From contig CP086569.2 of NCBI GenBank assembly GCA_009914755.4, positions 16,576,001 to 16,640,000 on the forward strand: a DNA stretch of 64,000 bases, in the 5' to 3' direction. Both the position numbers and the translations under genes were made by a program. How positions within the stretch are numbered: the stretch's first letter is position 1; the number at the start of each line of letters is the position of its first letter. This stretch comes from the human T2T-CHM13v2.0 reference genome, Homo sapiens. The notes under the pieces are model-generated. The model was not told the DNA's origin. It worked only from the letters and a program-made list of their open reading frames with translations, and did not search any database. Below, one piece after another: positions 1 through 12,875 of this stretch.

Positions 1-104
1 TGGCAGAAATCATTTCCTGGTGACTGAAAAGTTCTTGGCAACTTGCACCTTCAAAGCCAGGAAGCTTGGAGATGCTGACTTCGGGGTAGTTCCAGGCCCT
101 AATT

Positions 105-190
105 CATTTTTTATTTTATTTTATTTTATTTTATTTTATTTTATTTTATTTTATTTTATTTTATTTTATTTTATTTTTATTTTATTATTT
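105..190. repeat. (ATTTT)n pentanucleotide microsatellite, about 16 units, abutting the poly-T of the neighbouring Alu
   Basis: Direct reading: uninterrupted ttttattttattttatttt... tract. Confidence 0.95.
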
Positions 191-469
191 TTTGAGACAG
201 AGTCTCACTCTTTTGCCCAGGTTGGAGGTCAGTGACACAACCACAGCTCACTGCAGCCTTGATTTCCTTGACTTTCTGCCTCAGTCTCCTGAGTAGTTGG
301 GATTACAGTTGTGAGCCACCAAACCCAGCCAATTTTTGTATTTTTTGTGGAGATGAGGTTTCACTATGTTGCCTAGGCTTGTTTCAAACTCTTAGGCTCA
401 AGCAATCCACCCACCTGCCTCTACCTCCCAAAGTGCTGGGATTAAAGATGTGAGACATCATGCCTGGCC
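188..469 (-). mobile_element. Alu SINE (antisense); the poly-A tail appears as the poly-T at the left
   Basis: tttttgagacagagtctcactct...gcccaggttggag...cctcccaaagtgctgggatta...catgcctggcc is the reverse complement of the Alu consensus (GGCCGGGCGCGGTGGCTCA...GAGACGGAGTCTCGCTCT). Confidence 0.9.
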
Positions 470-1315
470 AGGTCAGGATGGCACAAAGGCAGAGAGAGGC
501 AGGCAGAATATGGAAGGCCCTATTTGTTTGAAGACATCTATGGAATCATGAAAACTTGAGATTTGGAGAGGATGGTCTTAAAGGGAATAGGATTAGATTT
601 TAGGGTTAAGTCCAGACTCACTAGGGTATGATGGGAGACCTGGCTACATAAAATTGAGATCTCCAAGCATTCCACACTCCAGGTAGGACAAAAACGATGA
701 TAGAATAAATCTTTCCACATCCTCAATCCCTAAAAGACTGCAAGTTGTTTTGATGCAAAGTAGAGAGAGGTTAAATTACATTTCATACTTCCCCCAAATC
801 TGTAATGCAGTATTGGTCAATTCAGCACAGTTAATCTCAATAGACAAATAACAAAAACACTCAACCAAGAATGTTATCAGAGAAATACTTTAAGGCCTTG
901 TATAATAAGAGGACATATGGAAAATTTTAAAAAAATATTTTTCTTTATTTTGAAACAAATTTTTCTTTAAAAGTTTTTGTAAAAGATGCCACGCATATCA
1001 TGCAGTAACTAATTGAATGAATTCAAACATGATCTACTTTCAACCCCATTTTAAAAACAATCCTTTCTAATAGACAGTATATTTTATTTCACATCATTTT
1101 GATTCAAGAAGTCAAAAAAGTAATTAATTTCATATGAAAATAGAAATGTATACTATGAAAACTTAGGTGATAAATAAAGGTTTTCAGAATGATACTAATA
1201 TGTCAAATCAACACTTGAATTCCTGAGAAAAATTTACTTTGTTAGGTTGCATTGTCGTTTTAATACACTGCTGGAAGTATTTACTAAATTTTGCTCTGTT
1301 TCTTTTCCTGTCTTT

Positions 1316-2880
1316 TTATTATTATTATTATACTTTAAGTTCTGGGGTACATGTGCAGAACGTGCAGGTTTGTTACATAGGTATACATGAGCCATGGTGG
1401 TTTGCTGCACTCATCAACCCGTGATGTACATTAGGTATTTCTCCTAATGCTATGCCTCCTATCCTCTCCCTTAACCCCCTACCCCCCAACAGACCTCAGT
1501 GTGTGATGTTTCCCTCTTTGTGTCCATGTGTTTTCACTGCTCAACTCCCTCTTATGAGTGAGAACATGTGGTATTTGGTTTTCTGTTCTTGTGTTCTGTC
1601 TTTTCTGAGAATGATGGTTTCCAGCTTCATCCATGTCGCTGCAAAAGACATGAACTCATCCTTTTTTATGGCTGCATAGTATTTCATGCTTTATATGTGC
1701 CACATTTTCTTTATCCTATCTATCACTCCAGGGCATTTGGGTTGGTTCCAAGTCTTTGCTATTGTGAAAAGTGCTGCATAAACCTACGTGTGCACGTGTC
1801 TTTATAGTAGCATGATTTATAATCCTGTGGGTACATACCCAGTAATGGGATGTCTGGGTCAAATGGTATTTCTAGTTCTACATCCTTGAGGAATCACCAC
1901 ACTGTCTTCCACAATGGTTGAACTAATTTACACTCCCACCAACTGTAAATGTGTAAAAGCTTTCCTATTTCTCCACTTTCTGTCCAGTATCTGTTGTTTT
2001 CTGACTTTTTAATGATCACTATTCTAACTGGAGTGAGATGGTATCTAATTTTGGTTTTGATTTGCATTTCTGTAATGACCAGTGATGATGAGCATTTTTT
2101 CACATATTTGTTGGGTGCATAAATGTCTTCTTCTGAGAAGTCTGTGTTCATATCCTTCGCCATTTGTTGACGGGGTTGTTTGTTTTCTTGTAAATTGTTT
2201 AAGTTATTTGTATATTCTGTTCATCAGGAATACTAGCTTGAAATTTAATTTTTTTGTTATCTCTCTGCCAGGTTTTGGTACTAGGATGATGCTGACCTCA
2301 TAAAATGAGTTACGAAGGATTCCTTCTCTTTCTATTGTTTGGAATAGTTTCAGAAGGAGAGGTACCTGCTCCCCTTTGTACCTCTGGTAGAATTAGGCTC
2401 CGAATATGTCTAGACCCGCAATTTTATTGGTTGGTAGGTTACTAATTGCTGCATTAATTTCAGAACTTGTTATTGGTCCATTCAAGGATTCGACTTCTTC
2501 CTGGTTTAGTCTTGGGAGGATGCATGTGACCAGGAACTTATCCTTTTCTTCTAGGTTGTCTATTTTATTTATGCAGTGGTATTTATAGTATTATCTGATG
2601 GTAGTTTGTATTTCTGTTGGATTGGTGGTGATAACCACTTTATCATATTTTTTATTGCATCTATTTGATTCTTCTCTTTTCTTCTTCCTTATTAGCCTGG
2701 CTTGAAGTCCATCCATTTTGTTGATCTTTTCAAAAAAAAAAAAAAACACCTCCTGGATTCATTGATTTTTTTGAAGGGTGTTTTGTTTCTCTGTCTCCTT
2801 CAGGTCTTCTCTGATTTAGTTATTTGTTGCCATGTGCTGGCTTTGAATTTGTTTGCTTCTGCTTCTCTGTTTCTTTCTTT
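1316..2880 (-). mobile_element. L1 (LINE-1) fragment, antisense: 3' UTR and ORF2 C-terminus, an internal deletion, then the ORF2 region around aa 495 back to aa 300
   Basis: ttattattatactttaagttctggggtacatgtgcag... is the reverse complement of the L1PA 3' end. The minus ORF 1894..2163 reads ...[16 protein letters not shown]..., which is the ORF2 C-terminus. 2230-2865 is the reverse complement of the ORF2 segment reading [14 protein letters not shown] back to [22 protein letters not shown]. Confidence 0.85.
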
Positions 2881-5282
2881 CTTTTTTTTTTTTTATTATA
2901 CTTTAAGTTTTAGGGTACATGAGCACAATCTGCCGGTTAGTTACATATGTATACATGTGCCATGCTGGTGTTCTGCAACCACTAACTTGTCATTTAGCAT
3001 TAGGTATATCTCCTAATGCTATGCCTCTCCCTCCCCCCACCCTACAACAGTCCCCAGAGAGTGATGTTCCCCTTTCTGTGTCCATGTGTTCTCATTGTTC
3101 AATTCCCACCTATGAGCTAGAATATGCGGTGTTTGGTTTTTTGTTCTTGTGACAGTTTACTGAGAATGATGATTTCCAATTTCATCCATGTCCCTACAAA
3201 GGACATGAACTCATCATTGTTTATGGCTGCATAGTATTCCATGGTGTATATGTGCCACATTTTCTTAATCCAGTCTATTATTATTGGACATTTGGGTTGG
3301 TTCTAAGTCTTTGCTATTGTGAATAGTGCCGCAATAAACATACGTGTGCATGTGTCTTTATAGCAGCATGATTTATAGTCCTTTGGGTATATACCCAGTA
3401 ATGTGATGGCTGGGTCAAATGGTATTTCCAGTTCTAGATCCCTGAGGAATCGCCACACTGACTTCCACAATGGTTGAACTAGTTTACAGTCCCACCAACA
3501 GTGTAAAGCTGTTCCTATTTCTCCACATCCTCTCCAGTACCTGTTGTTTCCTGACTTTTCAATGATTGCTATTCTAACTGGTGTGAGATGGTATCTCATT
3601 GTGGTTTTGATTTTCATTTCTCTGATGGCCAGTGATTGTGAGCATTTTTTCATGTGTTTTTTGGCTGCATAAATGTCTTTTGAGAAGTGTCTGTTCATAT
3701 CCTTCACCCACTTTTTGATGGGGTTGTTTGTTTTTTTCTTGTAAATGTGTTTGATTTCATCATAGATTCTGGATATTAGCCCTTTGTCAGATGAGTAGGT
3801 TGCAAAAATTTTCTCCCATTTTGTAGGTTGCCTGTTCACTGTGATGGTAGTTTTGTTTGCTGTGCAGAAGCTCTTCAGTTGAATTAGATCCCATTTGTCA
3901 ATTTTGGCTTTTGTTGCCATTGCTTTTGGTGTTTTAGACATGAAGTCCTTGCCCATGCCTATGTCCTGAATGGTAATGCCTAGGTTTTCTTCTAGGATTT
4001 TTATGGTTTTAGTTCTAACATGTAAGTCTTTAATCCATCTTGAATTAATTTTGTATAAGGGGTAAGGAAGGGATCCAGTTTCAGCTTTCTACATATGGCT
4101 AGCCAGTTTTCCCAGCACCATTTATTAAATAGGGAATCCTTTCCCCATTTCTGTTTTTCTCAGGTTTGTCAAAGATCAGATAGTTGTAGATAAGCAGCAC
4201 TATTTCTGAGGGCTCTGTTCTGTTCCATTGATCTATATCTCTGTTTTGGTACCAGTAGCATGCTGTTTTGGTTACTGTAGCCTTGTAGTATAGTTTGAAG
4301 TTAGGTAGCATGATGCCTCCAGCTTTGTTCTTTTGGCTTAGGATTCACTTGGTGATGCGGGCTCTTTTTTGGTTCCATACTAACTTTAAAGTAGCTTTTT
4401 CCAATTCTGTGAAGAAAGTCATTGGTAGCTTGATAGGGATGAAATTGAATCTATAAATTACCTTGGGCAGTATGGCCATTTTCATGACAGTGATTCTTCC
4501 TACCCATGAGCATGGAATGTTCTCCGTTTCTTTTAACTGTGATGTTATGGTGTCAATTTTAAATCTTTCCAGCTCTCTCTTGTGGGCATTTATTGCTATA
4601 AATTTCCCTCTACACACTGCTTTAATTGTGTCCCAAAACTTTTGATACATCTTGTCTTTTTTCTCATTGTTTTCAAAGAACATCTTTATTTCTGACTTCA
4701 TTTCATTATTTACTTAGTAATCATTCAGGAGCAGGTTGTTCCGTTTCCATGCTGTTGTGTGGTTTTAAGTGAGTTTCATAATCCTGGGTTCTAATTTGAT
4801 TGCACTGTGGTCTGAGAAACTCTTTGTTATGATTTCCATTATTTTGCACTTGCTGAGGAGTGTTTTACTTCCAATTTTATGATCAATTTGAGAATAAGTG
4901 TGATATGGTGCTGAGAAGAATGTATATTCTGTTGATTTGGCATGGAGAGTTCTATAGATGTCTATTAGCTCTGCTTTGTCAAGAGCTGAGTTCAGGCATT
5001 GGATGTCCTTTTTAGTTTTTTGTTTTGTTGATCTGTCTAATATTGACAGTGGGGTGTTAAAGTCTCCCACTATTATTGTGTGGGAGTCTAAGTTTCTTTC
5101 TAGGTCTCTAAATATCTGCTTTAGGAATCTGGGTGCTCCTGTGTTGGGTGCATATACATTTAGGACTGTTAGCTATTCTTGTTGCATTGATGCCTTTACC
5201 ATTATGTAATGGCCTTCTTTGTCTTTTTTGATCTTTCTTGGTTTAAAGTCAGTTTTATCAGAGATTAAGATTGCAACTCCTG
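2881..5282 (-). mobile_element. L1 (L1PA-like) antisense segment: 3' end, ORF2 C-terminus to about aa 800, then an in-frame junction to ORF2 aa 300 back to aa 60 (endonuclease domain)
   Basis: Poly-T plus attatactttaagttttagggtacatg is the 3' end in reverse complement. Minus ORFs 3303..3956 (ORF2 C-terminus, ...[21 protein letters not shown]...), 4345..4701 ([13 protein letters not shown]...[10 protein letters not shown]..., which joins ORF2 aa 240-300 directly to aa 800-860) and 4765..5070 (GDFNTPLSILDRSTKQK..., endonuclease). Confidence 0.9.
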
Positions 5283-7775
5283 ATGAATATCAATATGGAA
5301 TTCTTCAATAAAATACTGTCAAACTGAACACAGCAGCATAATAAAACACTTATCCACCACAGTCAAGTCAGCTTCATTCCTGGGATGCAAGGCTGGTTCA
5401 ACATACATCAACAAATAAATGTAATCCATCCCATAAACAGAACCAATGACAAAAACTGCATTATTTCAATAGATGTAGAAAAGACCTTAAATAAAATTCA
5501 ACAGCCCTTCATACTAAAAGCTCTCAATAATCTAGGTATTGATGGAATGTATCTCAAAATAATAAGAGCCTTTTAAGACTAACTCACAGCCAATATCATA
5601 CTGAATGGGGAAAAACTGGAAGCATTCCCTTTGAAACTCAGCATGAGACAAGGATGCCCTCTCTCACCACTCCTATTCAACATAGTTTTTGGAAGTTCTA
5701 GCCACAGCAGTCAGGCAAAAAAAAAAAAAAAAAAAGAAGAAAGAAAGGGTATTCAAATACAAAAACAGGATGTCAAATTGTCTCTGTTTGCAGATGACAT
5801 GATTGTATATTTAGAACACTCCCTTGTCTCAGCCCAAAATCTCCTTAAGCTGATAAGCAACTTCAGTAAAGTCTCAGGATACAAAATCAATGTGCAAAAA
5901 TCACAAGCATTTTTGTACCCCAATTATAGAGAAACAGAGAGCCAAATCATGAGTTCACCTCCATTCACAATTGCTACAATGAGGTTAAAATAATTAGGAA
6001 TTCAACTTACAAGGGAGGTTAAGGACCTCTTCAAGGAGAACTATGAAGCACTTCTCAAGGATATAAGAGAGGACACAAACAAATGGAAAAATATTCCATA
6101 CTCATGGATGGGAAGGATAAATATTGTGAACATGGCCACAATGCCCAAAGTAATCTATAGGTTCAATGCTATCACCATCAAACTACCACTGACTTTATTT
6201 ACAGAAATAGAAAAAACTACTTTAAATTTTATATGTAATGAAAAAAGATCCCATATAGCCAAGAAAATCCTAAGCGAAAAGAACAAAGCTGCAGGCATAA
6301 CGCTACCTGACTTCAAACTATACTACAAGCCTACGGTAACTGAAACAACATGGTACCTGTACCAAAACAGATATATAGACCAATGGAACAGGACAGAGGC
6401 CTCAGAAATAATAATACAAAACTACAACCACCTGATCTTTGACAAACGTGACAAAAACAAGCAATGGGGAAAGGATTCCTTATTTAATAAATGGTGTTTG
6501 GAAAACAGGACATTCATATGCAGAAAATTGAACCTGGACCCTTTCCTCACACTGTATACAAAAGTCAACTCAAGATGAATGAAAGACTTAAATGTAAGAC
6601 CTAAAACTATAAACACCCTAGAAGAAAATCTAGACAATACCATTCAGGACATAGGCATGGGCAAAGAGTTCATGACTGAAACATCAAAAGCAATTGCACA
6701 AAAAGCCAACATTGATAAATGGGATATAACTAAAGTAAAAGCTTCTGCACAGCAAAAGAAACTATCATCAGAGTGAATAGGCAACCTACAGTATGGGAGA
6801 AAATTTTTGCAATCTCTCCATCTGACAAAGGTGTAATAGTCAGCATCTAGAAGGAACTTATTTACAAATTTATAAACAAATTTACAAGAAAAAAACTAAC
6901 AATCCCTCAAAAAGTAAGTGAAGGATATGAACTGACACTTCTCAAAAGAAGACATTTATGTGGCCAACAAACATGAGAAAAAGCTCGTCATCACTGGTCA
7001 TTAGAGAAATGCCAAGCAAAACCACAATTAGATACCATCTTATGCTAGTAAGAATGACGATCATTAAAAAGTGAGGAAACAACAGATGTTGGAGAAGATA
7101 TGGAGAAACAGGAACACTTTTACATGGTTGGTGGGAGTGTAAATTAGTTCAACAATTGTGGAAGACACCGTGTTGATTCCTTAGGGATATAGAACCAGAA
7201 ATATCATTTGACCCAGCAATTACATTACTGGGTATATATCCAAAGGATTACAAATCATTCTGCTGTAAAGACACATGCACACTTATGTTTATTGCAGCAC
7301 TATTCACAATAACAAAGACTTGTAACCAACCCAAATGCCCATTAATAACAGACTGAATAAAGAAGAATAGAGTGAATAAAGCATAAAGAATAAGTATTTC
7401 ATACACAGTATGCAATACTATGCAGCCATAAAAAATGAGTTCATGTCCTTTGCAGGGACATGGATGAAGCTAGAAACTGTCATTCTCAGCAAACTAACAC
7501 AGGAACTGAAAACCAAACATCACATATTCTCATTCATAAGTGGGAGTTGAACAGTGAAAACTCATAGACACAGGATGGGGAATACCATACACTAGGGCCT
7601 GTCTAGGGGTGGGGGGTAATGGGAGGGATAGCATTAGCCAAAAAACCTAGTGTAGATGATGGGTTAATGGGTGCAGCAAACTACCATGGCACGTGTATAC
7701 CTATTTAACAAACCTGCACGTTCTGCACATGTACCCCAGAACTTAAATTGTAATGAATTAAAAAAAGTAGGGGCA
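5283..7775 (+). mobile_element. L1 sense segment from the ORF2 reverse-transcriptase domain (about aa 497) to the 3' end. It lies head-to-head with the preceding antisense L1 and may be the direct part of a twin-primed element
   Basis: The segment from 5283 reads MNI..KILNKIL...[11 protein letters not shown]...[15 protein letters not shown] (ORF2 RT). Plus ORFs 5631..5993, 6108..6578 and 6579..6776 are ORF2. 3' UTR motifs end at ccccagaacttaaattgtaatgaattaaaaaaa (7740-7775). It carries an A-rich insertion at 5717-5740. Confidence 0.9.
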
Positions 7776-8165
7776 AAACTAATTTAAAGTCTAAGAAAAG
7801 GTGAGGGCAGGTGGAAAGTATTCCTAATATTCTTGATGATCACATAGTGCATAATAATCTGTAAATCTAATTTAACTTTGGAGATTTATCAAACAGGTAA
7901 TGACATTCTTCTATGTATCAGGCTTAATGGCCGCCTTCTCAAACATATTATGTGCTTATTCAGCAGACTAATGTGCTATTTCCATCTTCAAAAATGGAGA
8001 AAGAAATTGTGAGTGATACTATTAATTAGCACAAATAGGTTTGACTTTACTGGTAACATATTTGGAAAACAATGAGGACAAATAAATGAGAAACTAAGGA
8101 ATGAAAAAAAAAAAGATTAGAAATAACACTAGTAACTAAAACCAGAAAAAAATTACTAACCACTC

Positions 8166-8534
8166 TGATATATTTGGGACATATCTTCACCCAAATCTTG
8201 AATTGTAGCTTTTATAATTTCCAAATGTCAGAGGAGAGACCCAGTGGGAGGTAACTGACTCATGGGGCTGGGTCTTTCCAATGATGTTCTTGTGATAACC
8301 AATAAGTCTTATAAGACCTGTGGGTTTTATAAAAGGGAGTTCCCCTGCACATGCTTTCTCTCTCTTGCCTGCTGCCATATAAGATGTAACTTTGCTCCTT
8401 TTTTTTTGCTTTCCACAATGATCGTCAGGCCTTTCCACCCACGTGGAACTATGAGTCCATTAAACTTATTTTGCTTTATGAATTACCCAGTCTTGGGTAT
8501 GTCTTTATTAGCGGCATGAGAACAGACCAATACC
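8166..8534 (+). mobile_element. ERVL-MaLR solo LTR of THE1/MST type
   Basis: The full-length match to the THE1 consensus starts tgatat.tttgg..cacccaaatcttgaattgtagct. It continues through ccagtgggaggtaa.tga.tcatgggg, ttataaaagggagttcccctgcaca.gct and ccatgt... It ends tccattaaac.t.tt.ctttatgaattacccagtcttgggtatgtctttattagc.g..gagaacagaccaata. Confidence 0.75.
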
Positions 8535-8903
8535 CACCTAAAACGCAATAATCTAAAAAACGCTGATAGAATACAAACTATATTATGATTTCAGGCATGT
8601 ATAATTAAATCTCATTTTATAGATATACAAGGAAAATGGTATACAAAGAATGGTGACTGTTGAATAATATGCTGTTCATTACCATTAACTATTTAAGTCT
8701 CAGGTTCACATTCCAGTGCAGATATAACCCACTGGAAGACAAATTACTGAGATTAAAATTCATTCTTTCCCTTGCCTTACAAAAATAAAGAAGGAATTGG
8801 ACTCAATTGTACCTTGAACATTTAATGACAAATATTAATAACAAGTTTTATTTTAACAGGCAGTAATCCATCTAGAAATAGGAACACTGATAAAGAACAT
8901 GAG

Positions 8904-9019
8904 GATGGGCACAGTGGCTCATGCCTATAATCTCAGCACTTTGGGAGGACAAGTTGGAAGGATCACCTGAGCCCAGGAGTTACAGTCAGCCTGGACAACA
9001 TAGTGTGACCTCATCTCTA

Positions 9020-9051
<32 letters not shown>

Positions 9052-9218
9052 CATAAGCATGTTGGCACATGCCTGTAAGTTCCAAATACTTTAGAGACTG
9101 AGGTGGGAGAATTGTTTGAGTAAGGAGTTTGAGGCTGCAGTGAGCCATGATAGTACCACTGCACTCCAGCCTGGGTGACAGTGAGACCCTGACTCTCAGA
9201 AAAACACACACACACACA
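8904..9218 (+). mobile_element. Alu SINE (sense) with a (CAAAA)n-rich middle linker and a (CA)n-containing tail
   Basis: gggcacagtggctcatgcctataatctcagcactttgggagg... ctgcactccagcctgggtgacagtgagaccctgactc. Confidence 0.9.
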
Positions 9219-10720
9219 ACATGAATTATGGAAACAAAATAAAATGAGAGCATGCCTGAGGACTTGAAGGAAGTCTTCGGAGATCTATGATTATCCATCA
9301 AGATAAAGTGTGCTATCAACCAGCATTCAATGAACCTTCAGAAAGCGTCAGATTTAAACAGTGTTTGACGATGGAGAGAAAATCAGTATGAGATGTTGGA
9401 AAAGGGTTAGGAGTGTCAAGAATGACAGCAACGCACATGCTATCTAAAGGAGATGAGAGATAGAATGTACAAACCCAGGAAAGAGAGGTAAGATATTGGA
9501 ACGGTTGGTTACATCTTTGGCAGGAAAACTGAAGGCGAAGAGGGAAATTCCATTCCTCGGGCATAAGACCTCTTACTGTATCTCTTGCTTACATATCGTC
9601 TGGGGATTGTGTTGGATTTAGACTCAGTAGATGAGGGTTGGGCCTGAGACCCTCCCTGTGCTGACACTGCTGGTCTGTGGACCACAGTTTGAGGAGCAAG
9701 TCATCAGGACACTCTCCTACAGTGAGAGGTGATGCTGCAATATTGATCCCTGAAGCCATGTGGATGGCTGATTGGCTCCCCTGCTCCTTGCCAGAAGCAA
9801 CCATATTTATGGGCACTAGTGAGGCATAAAATGTGTGCACTGTATGCACTGGGGCAAAAAAAAAAAAAGGATTGGTATTCATACTCTCATACCATGTTAT
9901 GTGTAGGATATTGGGAAATTTACAAGTTGAGGAAGAAACAAGAAGGGGAAAAAAAGAAAACCTCAAAAAACAAACAAACAAAAAACAAAGAATGGAGATG
10001 CCATTACAACTATTTAGAAAATTAAAAGATGCATAATTTTGAAAGGAAAGGCTGTTTGTTTACTATGAACTCATGTGTCCTAAGATGGTAGCTCCTCCTT
10101 GAAACTTATTCTGTTTATTTAGTTGACCATATTTTAGCATGTATTGTTCACATTTTCCTTAGCTTCTAACCTGTCACCTTGTTGTGCTTAAGGTGCAGAG
10201 TGGAAGTTCAGTTAAAGTTATTGAAGTAAATATGATTGGCAGAATTTTGGCCTCCATGACTTTTGGCCCTTTGTGTTCCTTCCATGGTTATGTGATGTTG
10301 CATGGCAAAAGAGAGTATACAGATATCATTATCATCAGTTGACCTTAAAAGAGGGAGATTTTTCTGGTTTACTAGGGTGGGACCAATGTAATCAGGAGTC
10401 CTCAATAGCTGAGAATTTTGCTGGCTCAGGAGGAAGAGATGTGGCAGCAGAGATGTCCTACTGAGACCTCAGTCCTAGAACTGCAAGGAACAAACAAAAT
10501 TCTTCCAAGACCTAAATGAACCGGGAAGCATATTCTCCTCCAGAGCCTCCAGATAAGAACCCAGACTGCTTAACAACTTAATTTTAGCCTTGTGAGGAAC
10601 TTCCAAGCGAAGCCCACTCCATATTCTGACCTATACAAGGGTGAGATGATAAATTAGCATCATCTTCAGTTGCCTATTTCATGGAAGTTTATTATAACAG
10701 CAATAGAACATGAATATGGA

Positions 10721-11016
10721 GGCCAGGCACAGTGGTACATGCCTGTAATCCCAACACTTTGGGAGGCTTAGGTGGGCAGATTACTTGAGGTCATGTGTTG
10801 GAGATGAGCCTGCCCAACACTGTGAAATCCCTTCCTACGAAAAATACAAAAATTAGCCGGACATGGCGGCGGGTGCCTGCAATCCCAGCTACTCAGGAGG
10901 CTGAGGCAGGAGAATCACTTGAACCTGGGAGGTGGAGGTTGCTGTGAGTTGAGATTTTGCCATTGCACTACAGGCTGGGTTACATAGCGAAACTCTTTCT
11001 CAAAGAAAAAAAAAAA
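10721..11016 (+). mobile_element. Alu SINE (sense) with poly-A tail
   Basis: ggccaggcacagtggtacatgcctgtaatcccaacactttgggaggc...gaggcaggagaatcacttgaacctgggaggtggaggttgc... then aaaaaaaaaaa. Confidence 0.9.
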
Positions 11017-11737
11017 TGAATATGGTGAGCACCAGAAAGTGCAGGACTTGTGATAGAATTCTAGGAGTTGCTTGCACAGCTGGATAACGTTTTGAAGTAG
11101 GAAAGGGAACACATGATTTCAATGGAGCAAGTAAAAGATGTGAGGAGAGAAAATGAGCCTCGAGAGGAAAGGAAGAAAGCCAGGATTCCAGCTGGTGTTG
11201 AGTCCATGGAAGGAGAAAAGGATAAAGAAGTTGGAGGGGAACAAAAGGGGGAGAGAGAGCTGCAGAGGGACAGTGGATGTGTGGATCTGCAGGTCTCCTG
11301 TAAGCTGTGAGAGCCTGGTTTGTCAGGTAGTGCTAAGGTAAAGAAGATTCAAGCATGAGCTACTGTGTAGGAAGTGAGATGTGAAGATAGGCAGTCATGG
11401 CAGGTTCCACTCTTGTTTCCTTTAGAATGGTGTGAAAGTTCCAATATAGAGTGAATGGCACATCTGAGGAAGCCAGGGAAAGGGGTCGTTTTTTGAGAAT
11501 AAGAGAAGCTTGCTTCTGAATTTAGACTGTGGAAAAGCTTCTGCAAAGTGGGCTTTGAAGATGCAAGACAGAGTGGAGTAAATGGGTAGAAAAAGACAGT
11601 GGAGGAAGCCTGGGAAGGGATCAAGGCATTCTGCTGTTGTTTCTTCTGACTCATTTATTCCATTTTAGTCCATGACAAAACAGACAATGGCCTGACCCAC
11701 CGTCTGCTTTATAAGGCTGATATCAAAATAATCCTTT

Positions 11738-12042
11738 TATTTTTTTTTCTTTTATTGAGACAGGGCTTTACTCTGTTTTCCAGGTTGGAGTGCAGTGGTG
11801 TGATGTTGTATCACTGAAGCCTCTACCTCCTGAGCGCAAGCAATCCTCCCACCTCAGCCTCCCAAGTAGCTGTAACTACAGGCATGCAACACCAAGCCCA
11901 GCAAATTTTTAAATTTTTTTTGTAGACTCCAGGTCTCACTATATTGCCCAGGCTGGTCTTGAACTCCTGGGCTGAAGCAATCCTCCAGCTTCAGCCAATC
12001 AAAGTGCAGACATTACAGGAGTGAGCTACAGTGCCCAATCCC
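11738..12042 (-). mobile_element. Alu SINE (antisense)
   Basis: Poly-T then gagacagggctttactctgttttccaggttggagtgcagtggtg...cctcagcctcccaagtagctg...ggagtgagctacagtgcccaatc (Alu in reverse complement). Confidence 0.9.
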
Positions 12043-12424
12043 TTTAGTCTTAAATAGTTATCTTCAAGGAATTAAATTGACCATCTTTTACAATGTATTG
12101 ACCACACCTCCTCTGCTTGCAAGCCTCTGGGTCAAGACTCTCAGTCCTTCTTTCTAAGATTCCCTCTTCATTGCTATTGCCCTGATTTCTGTTTGTGTTC
12201 TGCCCAGATAACCCCTTCACATCTCATTGTCATCCATACATACTCTTCAAAAATGTCAACAGAATTTGGAGACTTTGTGCTTACTACTTTCTCTGTGTTG
12301 GAGGAAAGACACATTGCTCAGTCTTTATTTTCTTCAATTCTCTTCTCAAACATCCCCTTATTAGAGAAGCTTTCCTTAAATACTCTTTATACAATGGCAA
12401 TCCCAAATTCCAGCTTATTATTCC

Positions 12425-12432
12425 TTCTCTAA

Positions 12433-12476
<44 letters not shown>

Positions 12477-12770
12477 ATCTATATCTACTCTCTGCATATC
12501 ATCTATCACCTATATTATTATCTATAATCTGTCTACCTAATATCTATCCATCCCACCTTATTTGTTCTATCAATCTATCTAATCTAATCTATCTAATCTA
12601 TCCATCCATCCATCTTATTTTTCCTATTTCCTTCCTTTCTTCCTATCTATTCATCTTATCTGTCCTATTTATTTCCTTCCTTCCTTCCTCCTTCCTTCCT
12701 TCCTTCTTTCCTTCCCTCCTCTCTCTCTCTTTCTTTCTCCCTCTGTTTCTTTCTCTTTCTTTCTTTCTTT

Positions 12771-12805
<35 letters not shown>

Positions 12806-12832
12806 CTTTCTTTCTCTTTCTTTCTTTCTTTC

Positions 12833-12875
<43 letters not shown>

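Noticed and set aside
9589-9981. A 130-aa minus-strand ORF in unique sequence
   Set aside because: It has no start-context support and a low-complexity composition (FFFF, SSS runs). It lies across an A-rich tract, and I recognise no domain. It is consistent with a chance ORF in AT-rich DNA.
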